Source of the DNA: Chrysemys picta bellii
Taxonomy: Eukaryota
Direction: 5' to 3'
Assembly: GCF_011386835.1 (NCBI RefSeq)
Contig: NC_088797.1
Coordinates: 74,214,001-74,278,000 of the forward strand
DNA length: 64,000 nt
The translations under genes and the position numbers were made by a program. Under the pieces are notes generated by a model. It did not search any database. It had not been told where the DNA came from and worked only from the letters and a program-made list of their open reading frames with translations. This document shows positions 12,780-25,515 of the stretch, one piece after another. The first letter of the stretch is position 1, and each line of letters opens with the position of its first letter.

Positions 12780-13049
12780 ACACACTAATAACCGCCCCTG
12801 CCCACAAGCTGCTTTTCCCCTCCCCCTTCCTTTCCTGCCTGTGACTGGAAGGCTTTTAACTGACCTTTTCACTTTGGTCCCTTGAAATATGTAACTACTT
12901 ATGCTAAACAATCTGTTCCACCTTGTATTTAGCTGTAACACTCTGAGTGCGTTTCCCAGACCTGAAGAAGAGCCTTGTATAAGCTTAAAAGCTTGTCTCT
13001 CACCAACAGAAGTTGGTCCAATAAAATATATTTTGTCACCCACCTTGTC
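12780..13049 (+). mobile_element. Penelope-like element 3'/pLTR fragment (second family)
   Basis: CCAGACCTGAAGAAGAGC...AAGCTTGTCTCTCACCAACAGAAGTTGGTCCAATAAAA...CACCCACCTTGTC; contains a degenerate hammerhead at 12958-12998. Confidence 0.75.
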
Positions 13050-15139
13050 ATTCAGAAAGATGAACAGACAGATTCTCAGGTATGCTCAATGGGTTACGAG
13101 AGCAGCTAAGGACAGGGAGCGTGAAAACCCCATTTCTGCCTCTACTAACTTAAGACCAGCTGTACGCCAGCCCAGTCCCATGTTAAGGTAGATATGACCA
13201 TGTCTTGTCCCATGCTGGGGGCAGGGAGAGACAGTCTGTAATCTAAATTAGAGTAGCTTCCTTTTATTTTTCTGTGCTGTCCTTTTCTTTCTTAGAGGAG
13301 ATGAAAGAATAAACTTAAACTGTAACATTCTGCTCCCCTCTTTTCCATTTTGATAGGAATTTTGGAAAATGCTGATTAAACTTGATATGGTAAATAGTGG
13401 TAAACATCAGATGCATGGTCTAAAGGGGAGGTGTCTGATATATTAGACTATCAGCTCTTCAGGACAGAAACTCTGTCTAGCTCCGTGTTTCTACAGCATC
13501 TAACACTTTCATTAGAAACAGTGAGTTTTGAGGACAATCAGCACTTGGCTGGCTCAATTCCTTAGGGCACTACTGCAATGCAAGTAACAACCTAAACCTA
13601 AAATAATCTTACTTGCCTGCTTTTTACAGTACCTTTTAGGTTGAAGGTTTGCAAAATTACCAAATAGATTTAGAAACTATTAGAGGTGAGCCTAAAATAA
13701 AATCCCGCAGTCAAACCCCACAAAACATTCTCGAAAGGTTACACTGGGATCTGAACTTTGTAACTGGTTCCCATACCTATATGCTAAATATATGGAGGTC
13801 ATGCCACCCACCACTGAAATGCCTTTTTCTCCTCTGGGCTAGAACACAGCAGCTGTTTAATAGAGCACAACGACATGACACAACTGTTTATGGAAAACAA
13901 TGAAGAAAAATGTGGCAATCACTTGGAAGCCAAGTACTAACCCAGTCTGAACCTGCTTATCTTGTGACATCTGCCAGGATCACAGTACAAGATACTAAGC
14001 CAAGCTACACTCTACTTTTAATAGTCTAACTTCTTAAAATGCTGATCTTACTAAGGGGCAATTATGTAATACAAGGTGGGACACATTCAAAGCGTGGAAG
14101 ATCTGCTTTAATATTCAGACTACACAAAAAATTCTAGTGAATTTTACATATTTGCATCTCTAAATCAATGGCTGTTTTTGTGTGTGTTCCCCTCACCCAC
14201 TCTCAAGGATACATGGAACAGCAGCTAGTTAAATATTTATATAACAGTATTGCAAAATGTATGTCTACACAGGCTGCCTTTTTAGCATGTAGGTATAATT
14301 AAACAGGCAGATGAGTACATGAAATATTTAAGTACTCATTTACAAATTCTTAAAGGACTACTTCCAAAGGCAATAAAGAAGTGCTAGGACTGGAGACTCT
14401 TTACTTAAACAGTGTGAAGTAAAGGGCAAAATGCATTGGCCTTATGCATAATGTGAAAGTGTTTTCATTTTGCACCCTACACATCCAGGAAGGTGGAGAG
14501 TTCAAATGTGGAATGAGTTCTAACACGCCTTCATTGTTTGATCTTCAGCAAGTGGCTTGTGTAAACAATTTAAATTCACTAAGGTTTTTCATATTGTGTT
14601 TTAGTTCATCATTGGAGATATCTACTAGCTCTCAGTAAAATTAACACAGTGAGTACAGTATGAATCACAACTTTTGATGTAGACATTTGTCCATCTCTTG
14701 ATGCAAATTAAAAGTGGGAAGAAATTTTCCCATGCATAGCATAAAAGAACTGGATCTTGCTGTTTGTTTTTTAGCAGTGGCTATGCTTTTACTAGGGGAA
14801 AAGTTGACATAGGGGATAACGCATATGCATCAGCCTTCATTTCTGAAGATAGTCAAGCTACATGTTGTATAGCTAACCTTACAGTTTTATTAACTTCAGG
14901 ACACAGTTTCATAACCAGGTACCATTTTTTTCCTGATACTGTAAAAATGTTTCTCTTTAATTATGTATAGCCACATTCACCATTAAGAGATGCTCTATAT
15001 TTAAACACAGATCAGACTCTTAATATAAAGCCAGTACATAACGATATGTTAATCATGTGGCTTGTTGGCCTTAACATTTAAAATGAGATGTTGTGTATTT
15101 CCATAGTTAGAGGTTTTATGCCTGCCAAAACTTTTATAC

Positions 15140-16900
15140 ATTCCTAGATGTTAAGATCTGAGGGAACCATTATGATAACCTGAATAACACTGGCCACAGA
15201 ATTACCTTCGCTGTTAAATAAATATATCTTATTTCTAGTTTGCATTTTTCTAGTTTCAATTTCCAGCCATTGGCTCTTGTTATGCTTTTTTTGTCTGCCA
15301 AATCAAAGGGGAACCCCTTTAGTATCTGATACCTTTTCCTCATGTAGGTAGTTACAGACTCTGATCAAGTCACCTCTTCCCCTTCTCTTGATAAAATGAA
15401 AATACTGAGGCTATGTCTACACTACAGCCAGGATCGACGCTCTGAGATCGATCCACTGGTGGTCAATTCAGCAGGTCTAGTGAAGATGTAGAAGAGTAAG
15501 GTAAGTTGATGGGAGAGTTTCTCCCATCGACACCCCCCCCCACCCCTCCCGTGGTGTAGACCCTGTAGTAACTTGACCTAAGCAGTTACACTCTGAAGAC
15601 GACTTAGGGGTCCTGGTATATAATCAGAGTCACTCTTTTCCTTAAACAGCCCCTCAACTTGTATATATGACTTACATTCTTTTTTTCCGTACATGTATGC
15701 CCTTGGATCCGGCTTATCAAGTGATCCACTGGCCTATTCCCATTATTATTTGCCACCCCATCAGTCATCATGTCATCTGCAAAATTTATCATCAATGATT
15801 TCATATTTTCTTCTAGTTCATCGATTAAAAATATTCAGTGGTGTTGGTCTGGGACTAGAAATACTTCATTTACATAATTATTTGCCATTAACAATTAAAC
15901 TTTGATATCTGTTAACTATTTTAATCAAGTTTAATATCTGCCATGTTAGTTTTGTGTGTTGCTTTTTCAGTTAAAACATCATGTGATACTAGGACAAGTC
16001 TAATAATATTATGTCACTACAGTTCTTTTATCAATCAAAATTGAAATCTCATTAAAATCTATTGAATTGGTTTGTCAAGACCTATTTTCCATTAAGTTGA
16101 TTGGCATTAATTACGTGTTCATCCTTTAATTCTTTATTGATTTAATCCTGTATCAGCAATTCCATTCTTTTGCCCAAGACTGATGTCAGGCTAACTAGAT
16201 TATAGTTACCGATGTCAATCTGTTTTATCTTTTAAAATTCTCATGCAATATAGGCTTTCCACAATATTATCTAAGATGTTTTAAAAATTAACACAGTGAG
16301 CCAGAGAGCTCTTTGGCCAACTCCTTTAAACTCCAAGGTCAGTTTTATAGACCTATTGTTTTTAAAATGTATGTTTGTTTAATGCAATTTACAGCCTCTT
16401 TAGTTATTGTTGAACTAGATGGCAAGTATTTTATCATTTTATAATATGAATACATCATCCAGCATATTTCCAGATATTGAACATAAATATTTATTGAATA
16501 CTTCTGCCTTATCTCTTCCTTTACTGGCAATTTCACCACCTCCATCTAGTAATGGACTGATACACTTGTTAGGATTCTTTTTGCTCCAGATATATTTAAG
16601 ATATTCTTTCTTGTCCAAAACTGAGCTGGCAATAGCTATTTCACTGATACCTTTAGCTTCCCTGATCAACTGACAACTGAAAACTTGAAGAAGAAAAAAA
16701 CATGTCCTTCCCTTTTTCTGTGCTGATAAACCATGATTATCCAAATACATAGAGCCATCAGAAAATTTGAATGATCAGAGATTCAGATAAAAATGTTTTT
16801 ATAAATATCCATACTTCAGATGATCTCACATTTTGGATATTCAGGGTCTGGATCACTAGTAATTCCCTAAAGCCCTTTTTAAATTTAACAGATCTAGAGC
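15140..16900 (-). mobile_element. CR1 LINE ORF2 remnant (linker, RT and 3' end), deleted and frameshifted
   Basis: Minus-strand peptides LIREAKG...KYIWSKK...PLLDGGGEI...DKAEVFNKYLCSI (16439-16750) and INFADD RT motif (15604-15804); CR1 3' end near 15140-15200. Confidence 0.85.
15409..15585. mobile_element. Harbinger-type MITE, right end lost, nested in CR1
   Basis: Starts TGA|GGCTATGTCTACACTAC with ATCGAC/ATCGAT repeats; no right TIR visible. Confidence 0.65.
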
Positions 16901-18711
16901 AAGATTAATAAGATTCAGCATCACCACTCTGCTGGTGCAAAGCAGCTGTAAACCTAGCTTAATTGGGTGGTTAAACCACTGCAGCAGCTCAAAGCAGCAG
17001 GAGTGTTCTAGTGAATCTAGCTCTTTATTTTTACAGTCTTTACCATATGCACAACCCAAAAGGCTTTATTCTTGAACATTCTGAACTGCTTTAACACTTC
17101 ACTGCAGCACAAAGACTCATACTGACAGGAAACAACACGAGGCTACAATTAACGAGTTGGGGACTATTTCCCCACACTCCCTGTGGTTCTAAAAGAGTCT
17201 GAAATTAAACAGGGCTCTAGTGACTTCTTGTTTCTGTATTGTATCATCATTTCTGAGAATGAGGTTTCTTGGGTGCTTCAGGCCCCAGGTAAATGGTAAC
17301 TATTTATTTTCTTGTTTAGCTGTTTACTTTTTTTATTAGATAGTCCCTTTAAATGCAAGTCCTATTGCTCTCAGTGAAGAGTAGTTTAATGGTCCAGTTT
17401 AGATCAGCCTTGTTCATCAATTGTGTGCTTCAATGGCTGGGTGAAGGAGATAAAAGTCACCCTGTCTTTCTGTACAAGGCCTATGGATTATCTGCTCTAA
17501 TTCACTGAGGACCATTGCTGGAAATTTTACAAAATAGCCTTTCAGTAAATGTGCTTTTAAAAGTTACAGTGTAACTAGACAACAAGCTTTCCATCCTTTT
17601 AATAAAGCACTAGCAGTTCCCACGTCTAGGCAGGTGAAATAATAAACAACCAAGAGAAAACAAGTTCTGTATATCCAGAGCATCTTAATAAATAAAAATA
17701 GTTTCTGTGGCTCAGTGCAGATCTTGTGGTTAGTCATGATAGTACATCTATTTTATTATTAAGTTAGACAATACTTTATAATGGCCATGGAAGAAAATAT
17801 GATACACAGTACATTGAATAAGTCATCTGCTGTGCTTTTACATATAGTATACAGTAAGAAACTATGAATAACAACATTTAATAATGTCCTGCAGTCCACC
17901 ATGCACTATCTATTGGAGAAACAATGCACAATAGAACATCGGCATCTCCTATGCACACCGCCTCTTCAAAAATGCTCCTTCCATTCCCCATGTGAATCAC
18001 CCACTATCCTCTGGAAGAACAACAGTTACTCTTCTTTCCAACTCCTTCCACTGCAGCATGGATCATTACCCCCACCAAACAAAAAAACACCCAAACAAAA
18101 AGATGCAGTCTAAAAGAGAAAACATAGTATTTCATGTTGTTAACAAGACGTTGAGTCTACTTGGTACAGGTATGGAACATTGTTTATGAGATCACACCTA
18201 CTAGTAGTTCTCTCCTTAATTGAGAGAGGTATAAGATCTGTTGTTGTTCAGTCTATATGAGACAACACTTTTAAGTGTTAAGTTCTTTTAGTTTTACTTA
18301 ATTTCCCTTCACTGATTCTACTGTTTTTCTCCATGGCCCAGGAAAAGAATTTCAAACCTCTCTTCCTAGTTGTTTCATCAACATTACAAGAACTGGATAG
18401 AGGCCCAAGCTGAAACCATGAATCTGAATCTTTCATGAGGTTTCAGAGTGCACGCTTGACGCAACAGCCACAACCCCAACCCCTCATATAGGAGGTTTGG
18501 CTCCAGAGGAAACCAAAAAACAAATCTCCTTAAAAATAAAAAAGCCTCAGTAGATACTGGGAAAAATACAACATTCCCCCTTAACACAAAGAAAAGCAGA
18601 AGGTTGATCAACCTTTGCATTTTAAATCATTTAATACTGTCCTAAAAAGTTCTATCCAGCTCCTACCCTGCTTTCCCCATTCATGTTGCAGGTAAACCTA
18701 ATACCCTATGG

Positions 18712-19409
18712 CAGGAGTGGGCAAACATTTTGGCCCAAGGGACAAATCTGGATGGGGAAATTGTATGCAGGGCCATGAATGTGGGGCAGGGGGTTGGGGT
18801 GCGGAAGGGAGTGCGGGCTGTGGGAGGGGGTGCGGTGTGCAGGAAGGGGCTCAGGGCAAGGAATTGGGGTGCAGGAAGGTGCTCAGGGCAGGGGGTTGGG
18901 GTGCAGGAGGGGGTGTGGCAGGGGGTTGGGGAGCTCAAGGCAGGGGGTTGAGATGCGGGCTCCGGCCCGGCACCACTTACCTCAAGTGGCTCCAGGGTGG
19001 CAGCAGCGCACAACGAGGCTAAGGCAGGCTCCCTGCCTGCCCTGGACCCGTGCTGCTCTGCTCCCGGAAGTGGCCAGCATGTCCGGCAGTGGCTCCTGGG
19101 GGTGGGGTGGGGTGGGGTGGCGTGAGGCGGGCGGCTCTGCCGCGCGCTGCCCTCACCTGCAGGTACCACCCCCAAAGCTCCCATTGGCTGCGATTCCCCA
19201 TTTCCAGCCAACAGGAGCTGTGGGAGGCAGTGCCTGCAGGCGAGGGCAGCACACAGAGCCCTCTGCCACCTCTTCCCCCAGGGGCCGCAGGGACATGGTG
19301 CTGGCCGTTTTTGGGAGCGGTGCAGGGGCAGGGCTGGCAATCCCATGGGCCGGATTGAAAGCCCTAACGGGCTGGATCCGGCCTGTGGGCCATAGTTTGC
19401 CCTCCCCTG
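18712..19409. mobile_element. GC-rich hAT (Charlie-like) non-autonomous element
   Basis: TIRs CAGGAGTGGGCAAAC / GTTTGCCCTCCCCTG; flanks CCCTATGG / CTCTATCA (5/8); internal GGGTGCAGGA repeats. Confidence 0.85.
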
Positions 19410-20160
19410 CTCTATCAGGATCTCAGACAGTAGAGAGTTTTCATATTTTACACAAAATCCTTAAAAGCACTCATTTGGTTCAGTGCTGTCAAACATTATC
19501 AGCAGAGCTTCCCTATCTAATTAAGTGGTCGGTTAATCACTCTAGAGGCAGCAGTTTTTCATTTTAAAGGACCATCTCAGGAAAAGGCTAAGTGCTCCTT
19601 TAAGGCTGTGAGATGCCTTACCTTCGTGTTGTGCAGGCCCTTGTTACAGAAAACTCTGTCAGAGTGAAATTCCTAAACCTTCTGATTAAGATCAAGCATT
19701 TTATGATAAGTTTGGTAGAGTCTAATCTCTTCAAGGAAGGAATTCCTCTGGAGGAGGAATTCATCATTGAACTGAATTTTTAAAATGGCAACTTGGGGAG
19801 AGGCACAGGGAAAGGAGTTGTATATCACATCTGGAATGGAATTGGCTGAAGGTTTTGATATGAAACACAAATCTAGGTGCGAGTTTGTGGAAAGAAGTGT
19901 CTGGATCCTTCCCTTGCATATTTTATTAATTTGATGAAATCTGGAAGCATTGTAATTGCAAAATCCTTTCCATTAATGCCAAGTGTGAGAAGACACATTT
20001 GTTCCAGGGGGTTCTGTGGAGTTTGGGGCAGTCTGGTATGGAGTGCCGGCCTGTGGTTACTTCCTATTTCCCCATGCGACGGTGGGCAATGGGTAATGGA
20101 TCTACATAACAATGTGTCTTTTAGCTCTTTTTCATGTGCATGCTAGTTCTGCTGTGTATA

Positions 20161-20369
20161 CAGGGCCGGCGCAACCCATTAGGCGACCTAGGCAGTCGCC
20201 TAGGGCACTAACATTTGGGGGGGCAGCGATCGCGGCAGCCAGATCTTCAGCCGCCTCTGTCGGGGGTGGCATTTCGGGGACGGGACCTTCCGCCACCTCT
20301 GTTGGGGGTGGCATTTCGGGGCAGGACCTTCCGCCGCCTAGGTCAGCAAAAAAGCTGGCGGTGCTCCTG
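20161..20369. mobile_element. hAT MITE, same terminus family as 8773-9315 in opposite orientation
   Basis: Perfect TSD TGTGTATA (20153-20160 / 20370-20377); the left ~55 bp resembles the reverse complement of the right end of 8773-9315. Confidence 0.9.
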
Positions 20370-20627
20370 TGTGTATAGATATCAGAATAGCTGTGGAGGA
20401 GGTGCCAGATTTGCTCCCAAGAAATATCACACCCTTTCTTAATGGAACATAGTTTTACCAGATGACAAGAACTTAGGACATAGTGGTTTCATTTACTTCA
20501 ATGGGCTTTGGGTCAGCTCCTAAGTACATTTTATGCTTTTTATGATTCTATCCATCTGTCGGTTCCAAAACTTCTTTCTTGATTTCCTTTACTATTTCCT
20601 CATTCTGGTCCCTCCCTGGTTCTTTTT

Positions 20628-20757
20628 NNNNNNNNNNNNNNNNNNNNNNNNNNNNNNNNNNNNNNNNNNNNNNNNNNNNNNNNNNNNNNNNNNNNNNNNN
20701 NNNNNNNNNNNNNNNNNNNNNNNNNNNNNNNNNNNNNNNNNNNNNNNNNNNNNNNNN
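20628..20757. other. Assembly gap (130 N)
   Basis: Run of N. Confidence 1.
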
Positions 20758-23058
20758 TCTTCCCTGACATTCCATGTTCTTTAATCTCCTCTTCCCTCTG
20801 TGAACCTGCACATCTCTCTCTAAAAACTTTACCTTCCTCTCACTGGCTCTCTTCTTCCCTTTGCAGACACACCAGTGAGCAGAGAGATTATAAATGGGCA
20901 TGGGGGTGTCTTGTGGGCTTCCCACCCAAACCACCAACAAATCAGGTAGAGCAGCAGTGCACTATTTGGGAAGGGGCCACATTTAGTGGCTGTCCTTTGT
21001 TTGCTGGCTTGATCTTCAGTGAGGCATTACTCTATCTGTTTAAAAATACCAAAATGCCTCTCCAGCCCCATCCCATTTCTAACAACAGGTCACATGGTTT
21101 GGGACTAGACAGTTGATACCTCGACTTTAAAGGCGGGCACCCAAAAATCAAGGCCCACCAAACTAGTGGAGATTTTTTTAATGTAGCCCTCAAGAAAAAG
21201 CATTTTATAAACGCAGTAATACACTTCTGGAGTATGCAGTGCAGCTAGGATGTATGGACATAGCTCCGGTGTAATGAAACTCAGACCATTTCCTAGCCCC
21301 AGTGGAGCCTGTCAAAAATGCATAAGTGGCTACTAAGTGGGACCTGAGAGTTCTGGGCCTGTGTTTGAGCTGAATTGAATTGTGTTTGTGTGTTGGCAGC
21401 TGCTTGAAATGCCAGGGCTTCTGGCATAATTCTAGCACTACACTGGACTTGTGCTCTGAGAGCTTTGGAAGTCTAGGTCTCTAATGTATCATGTGCCAAT
21501 AGTCTGACCTTCCTAATCGAACAGGAACTGTAGATGGAAAATAATTGCCTCTCAAACAACCAGTTTGCTTGAAATCTTAATCATATATCTTAACAGGGGG
21601 CAAATGAGGTACATTGTCTGGTAAGTAGCTTTAGCCTTGTATTTCATGTGAACAGAATGAAATGTCCTTATGTCAGAAAATGAATGATAGCAACAGTACT
21701 TATCATATCACTCCATATGAATCATAAACATAAACTCGGCAATTTATGTTGATAATAAAGGATTTCTGAAAGTATTAAATCTGCAGGAAAGATGTTAATC
21801 CCACTTTGACAAGTCCCTATTCTCTAATAGCATAACACTACTTAAATATACCTATAGAGTAAGTAAGATTTGCCTTAAGCCATATAAGTGAATTGATGTC
21901 AGATGTACTTAGTGTATGAGCACAAGATTATGGGAGGGGAAAAGGATGGAACTTTATTGCCCCAATGGCATAGGAAATCTGGGGATTTAACTTTTTAACA
22001 TTTTTTTCTTTATTAAGGTAGATGTAATGCTTGGAATAAGGTGCTGACCCGAGAAATTGAAGTCCCCATTTTTTCCCCTAGAACAAGTGCTAGAGGGGCA
22101 GCAGTAGTGAAAGGTTCCTCAATCTGTTTCCCCAATGCCTTTCTCTTTTGATAGGAGTGACAAGGTAGTTCACTCTGTGTCTACTCAACTTTTGGCCCCT
22201 TTGCTGAGACCACCAATATAGGCTCCTACTGCAATTAAGATTTTGATGTTATGGTTACTGGGAATATGAAAGGAGTAATATAAAACCAAATTCATTACAA
22301 TAAAGGTTCACACACAAGTGATTCACCCTAAAAAGTAAATGTGGATTAGTTTATGACAAAGGAATTCTATCCTCCTTTCCTCTTTTATACAGCTTTACAA
22401 AAGCACCTAGAATGCATTCTGATGACTTTGCATGTTCTATGTTTCTATGTACAAATTCTATAAGTATATTCTACGTATATGTTCCTATGCTAGAGTGAAC
22501 AGCAATGCAGAGATTGGATTGCATGCCATGCAATGGAGGCAAAATTGATAATTATTTAAAAGTAATAGTATCATGGCTCAACTTCTGACTCACTTATGCT
22601 TCCTAATGTTTGTCTTCCCAATGATCCAGTTAGCTTAAATTTATATCATATGGTGTCCACCTGGTATTTTCTAACTATTTGACGGGTGTTAGATATACCA
22701 TTATTATATGCAGGTAGGAAAGGAAGTATTTGGTATATTGTTCTGCATAAGAATATACACAGGTTGTTGTGATGGCATCATTACATACAAGTTCATACAC
22801 AGCTATTTGGAGCAATGCTTTTTTGCAATAGTATATCAACAAGTTTTTATAGACAGGAAGGCACAAATTGTTGTGTTCAGTATATGCAGGTGGTGAACTA
22901 TGGTTGCAGAGCACCCCGAACACTATGACATTTGATACATATTTCTAATACAACTATATACAAATGTATATTCCAGAATCTAATGAGTTGCTTTTGTGTA
23001 TGTCTATTTATCAAAATGATATATTAAAGATTTTTTTAATATTTATTTTCCTTGCGTG

Positions 23059-23216
23059 CAGAGCTTAGTTTGTAATGAAAGAGGTGCTGGGGCTCAAGCA
23101 ATTTTTTTTACTTTCATAAGTGACGTGGCAAGTCCGGAGGTGCCGGGCCTATGAACTACCAAGCCTAGAGGTGCCAGGGCTCAGCCCTGGCAAAACCTGG
23201 CACAAATTAAGCACTG
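23059..23216. mobile_element. hAT MITE
   Basis: TIRs CAGAGCTTAGTTTGT / ACAAATTAAGCACTG; TSD CTTGCGTG / CTTGCTTG (7/8). Confidence 0.85.
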
Positions 23217-23804
23217 CTTGCTTGAGACCTCGATTAATTGTGTGAGTCAGTAAGTCTGTCTGAATCTGTGGACAGTTCCAAAAAATATGAGAGTCTGTCT
23301 GTACAATTCCGGTCTGTTTGGGCTTATTATTTTTTGATGATTATTGTAAGTGGTATTCTTGCCAACAGAGGGTGTATGCATTTGGAGTTATTTTCTATGG
23401 AGTCCTGAAATTCTGCTTTCCATTTTTCTGTCATTATGCTATGCCACCAGCTGGGTGAATAATTAATAACAAATCCTTTATTAGAAGAATTTTGCCCATT
23501 TATCTGTTCACAAATTGTCTATAAACAGATTGCTTTTTCCTGAAAATTATTTATGAATCAAATTATTTGCCAAATAATTTCTTCATTTAATTCTTCGTCT
23601 GTGTGACGGGGCAGCTCCGCCCCGCACTAGCCCCGGAAGTGACAGACAGATACATCTGACAGGCGCCCAATCCACGCTTCCGAGGCTTCCCAACCCCGAG
23701 TCCAGACACAAGACACCCCAGACAACGACCCGGAGGGAGCAACGGCCCTGAGAGCGAGCGGGCCCCCTTGGGGAAGGCCCGGGGCCTACTGAGACCCGAG
23801 AGAG

Positions 23805-24590
23805 GTGTTCGGGTGTGGACAAGAAGGGCATTTTCGACAGGATTGCCCTTTCATGGACTGCAGCTATGGGCAAGCCTGGGTGGCCGGACGAAGGGCGCGG
23901 AGGAGAGGGATAGGAAAGCTGGTGGTCCCCGTCCGGGTCGAGGGGATCCCCACAAACGCCCTCGTGGACTCAGGGTACAGTCAAACCCTCATACAGGAGG
24001 GGCTGGTCCCAGACCTTAATCTCTTGGGTCCCCCGATCCGCCTGTCGGACCTGACGAAAAACTCTCAGCCTCGACAGGTTCAGTGGTCCGAACAATGCGA
24101 GAAGGCCTTTGAAACACTAAAGGAACGGCTCACCCTGGAACCCATCCTACGACACCCAGACTTTCAGAAGGAATTCATACTGCAAACTGACGCATCAGAA
24201 GCAGGCTTGGGGGCAGTCCTATCCCAAGAAGTAGATGGGGAGGAACACCAAGTGCTATACCTGAGTCGTAAACTGTTCCCTCGGGAACAACATTATTCGA
24301 CAATAGAAAAAGAGACTCTGGCAGTACGTTGGGCCATCGATGCCCTGCGGTATTACCAGCTGGGGAATAACTTTAAGTTGATCACGAATCACGCCCCCCT
24401 ACGGTGGATACACAGTATGAAGGACTTGAACCCCAGGATTGTGCGGTGGTACCTCTCCCTCCAACCCTACGACTTCCGGGTGTTTCATCATCCTGGTAAG
24501 GCCCACGGTAATGCGGATTTCTTCTCCAGGCAAGGGGAGAGGGAGGAGGGGGCGGACCTACCCGGGGGATCCTTCTTAAAGGGGGAGGTG
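23805..24590 (+). pseudogene. Gypsy gag-pol remnant: CCHC knuckle, protease N-half fused in frame to RT connection and RNase H
   Basis: CGQEGHFRQDCP (first Cys appears lost to a 1-nt deletion), ALVDSG protease motif, WSEQCEKAFETLK, FILQTDASEAGLGAVLSQ, YSTIEKETLA, HHPGKAHGNADFFSR. Confidence 0.92.
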
Positions 24591-25515
24591 TGTGACGGGG
24601 CAGCTCCACCTCTCACTAGCCCCGGAAGTGACAGACAGGTAGCTTTGTCAGCGGAAGTCCCACCCCACCCATACTGGGCATGCTCCAAATGCTCCGTGAG
24701 TATAAAAGGAGGGAACTCAGCTCAGTCTGGGCTGGTGGCCGAAGGAGAAGGACCTAACCGGGCAGCTCCTGCAGAGGACCAGCCGGCACGAACCCCTACC
24801 GGGGGAGGAACCAGAGGAGGTGACAGCCCCGGAGACCCGCGGAGGACCCTGGGATTTGTGGATGACCCCGACTCCCAAACCGGTAGGAACCGACCCGGGG
24901 GGTGGGGGTGTGATAGACTGGCACCTTGCCCCTGGTAAGCCTCAGCTTGTTTCGGTAGGACTACCCCCACTGAGCCAGCAGTAAGGTCCTGCTGCCCTGT
25001 AACCAAGGGCTTGTTCTATGGACTCTGGCCACTAGGCCGTGTTGCCCTGTAGCCAAGGGCTAATAACCTGGACTATGGCCACTAGGCCGTGCTGCCCTAC
25101 AACCAGGGGCGGTTATATGGACTTTGGCCACTAGGCCGTGCTACCCCGCAACAAGGGTTTATCCTATGGACTTTGGCCACTAGACTGTGCTGCCCTGCAA
25201 CCAGGGGCGGTTATATGGACTTTGGCCACTAGGCCGTGCTACCCCGCAACAAGGGTTTATCCTATGGACTTTGGCCACTAGACTGTGCTGCCCTACAACC
25301 AGGGGCGGTTATATGGACTTTGGCCACTAGGCCGTGCTACCCCGCAACAAGGGTTTATCCTATGGACTTTGGCCACTAGACTGTGCTGCCCTGCAACCAG
25401 GGGCGGTTATATGGACTTTGGCCCCTAGGCCATGCTGCCCTGCAACCAGGGGCGGTTATGTGGACTCTGGCCATTAGGCCGTGCTGCTCTGTAACAAGGG
25501 GCGTAAACCCTCACA
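24591..25515 (+). repeat. 3' LTR (925 bp) with TATA-like box TATAAAAG at 24701
   Basis: Begins TGTGACGGGG right after the PPT and ends TCACA before the TSD. Confidence 0.88.
24990..25510 (+). repeat. 49-bp minisatellite, about 10.5 units, alternating A/B variants
   Basis: Units start GGACT at 25020, 25070, 25119, 25168, 25217, 25266, 25315, 25364, 25413, 25462. Confidence 0.95.

Larger units (their letters stand above)
23602..25515 (+). mobile_element. Ty3/Gypsy LTR retrotransposon, internally deleted, Gmr1-like gene order
   Basis: TGTGA...TCACA ends with 5-bp TSD GTCTG (23597-23601 / 25516-25520); 48-bp 5' LTR stub matches 24591-24638 with 3 mismatches; PPT AAAGGGGGAGG at 24578-24588. Confidence 0.92.

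Noticed and set aside
18681-19567. Long ORFs (221 aa, 262 aa) on both strands
   Set aside because: They lie almost entirely within a GC-rich hAT element; low-complexity Gly/Arg/Pro translations result from stop-codon scarcity
20533-20940. ORFs of 62-130 aa
   Set aside because: They are open only because they run through the N gap
24591-24938. C-terminal third of the 377-aa ORF as a novel domain
   Set aside because: It is read-through into the GC-rich 3' LTR
24990-25510. CRISPR-like appearance (constant ~16-bp block plus variable ~33 bp)
   Set aside because: The variable parts recur as two alternating variants rather than unique spacers, the array lies in a eukaryotic LTR, and there are no cas genes
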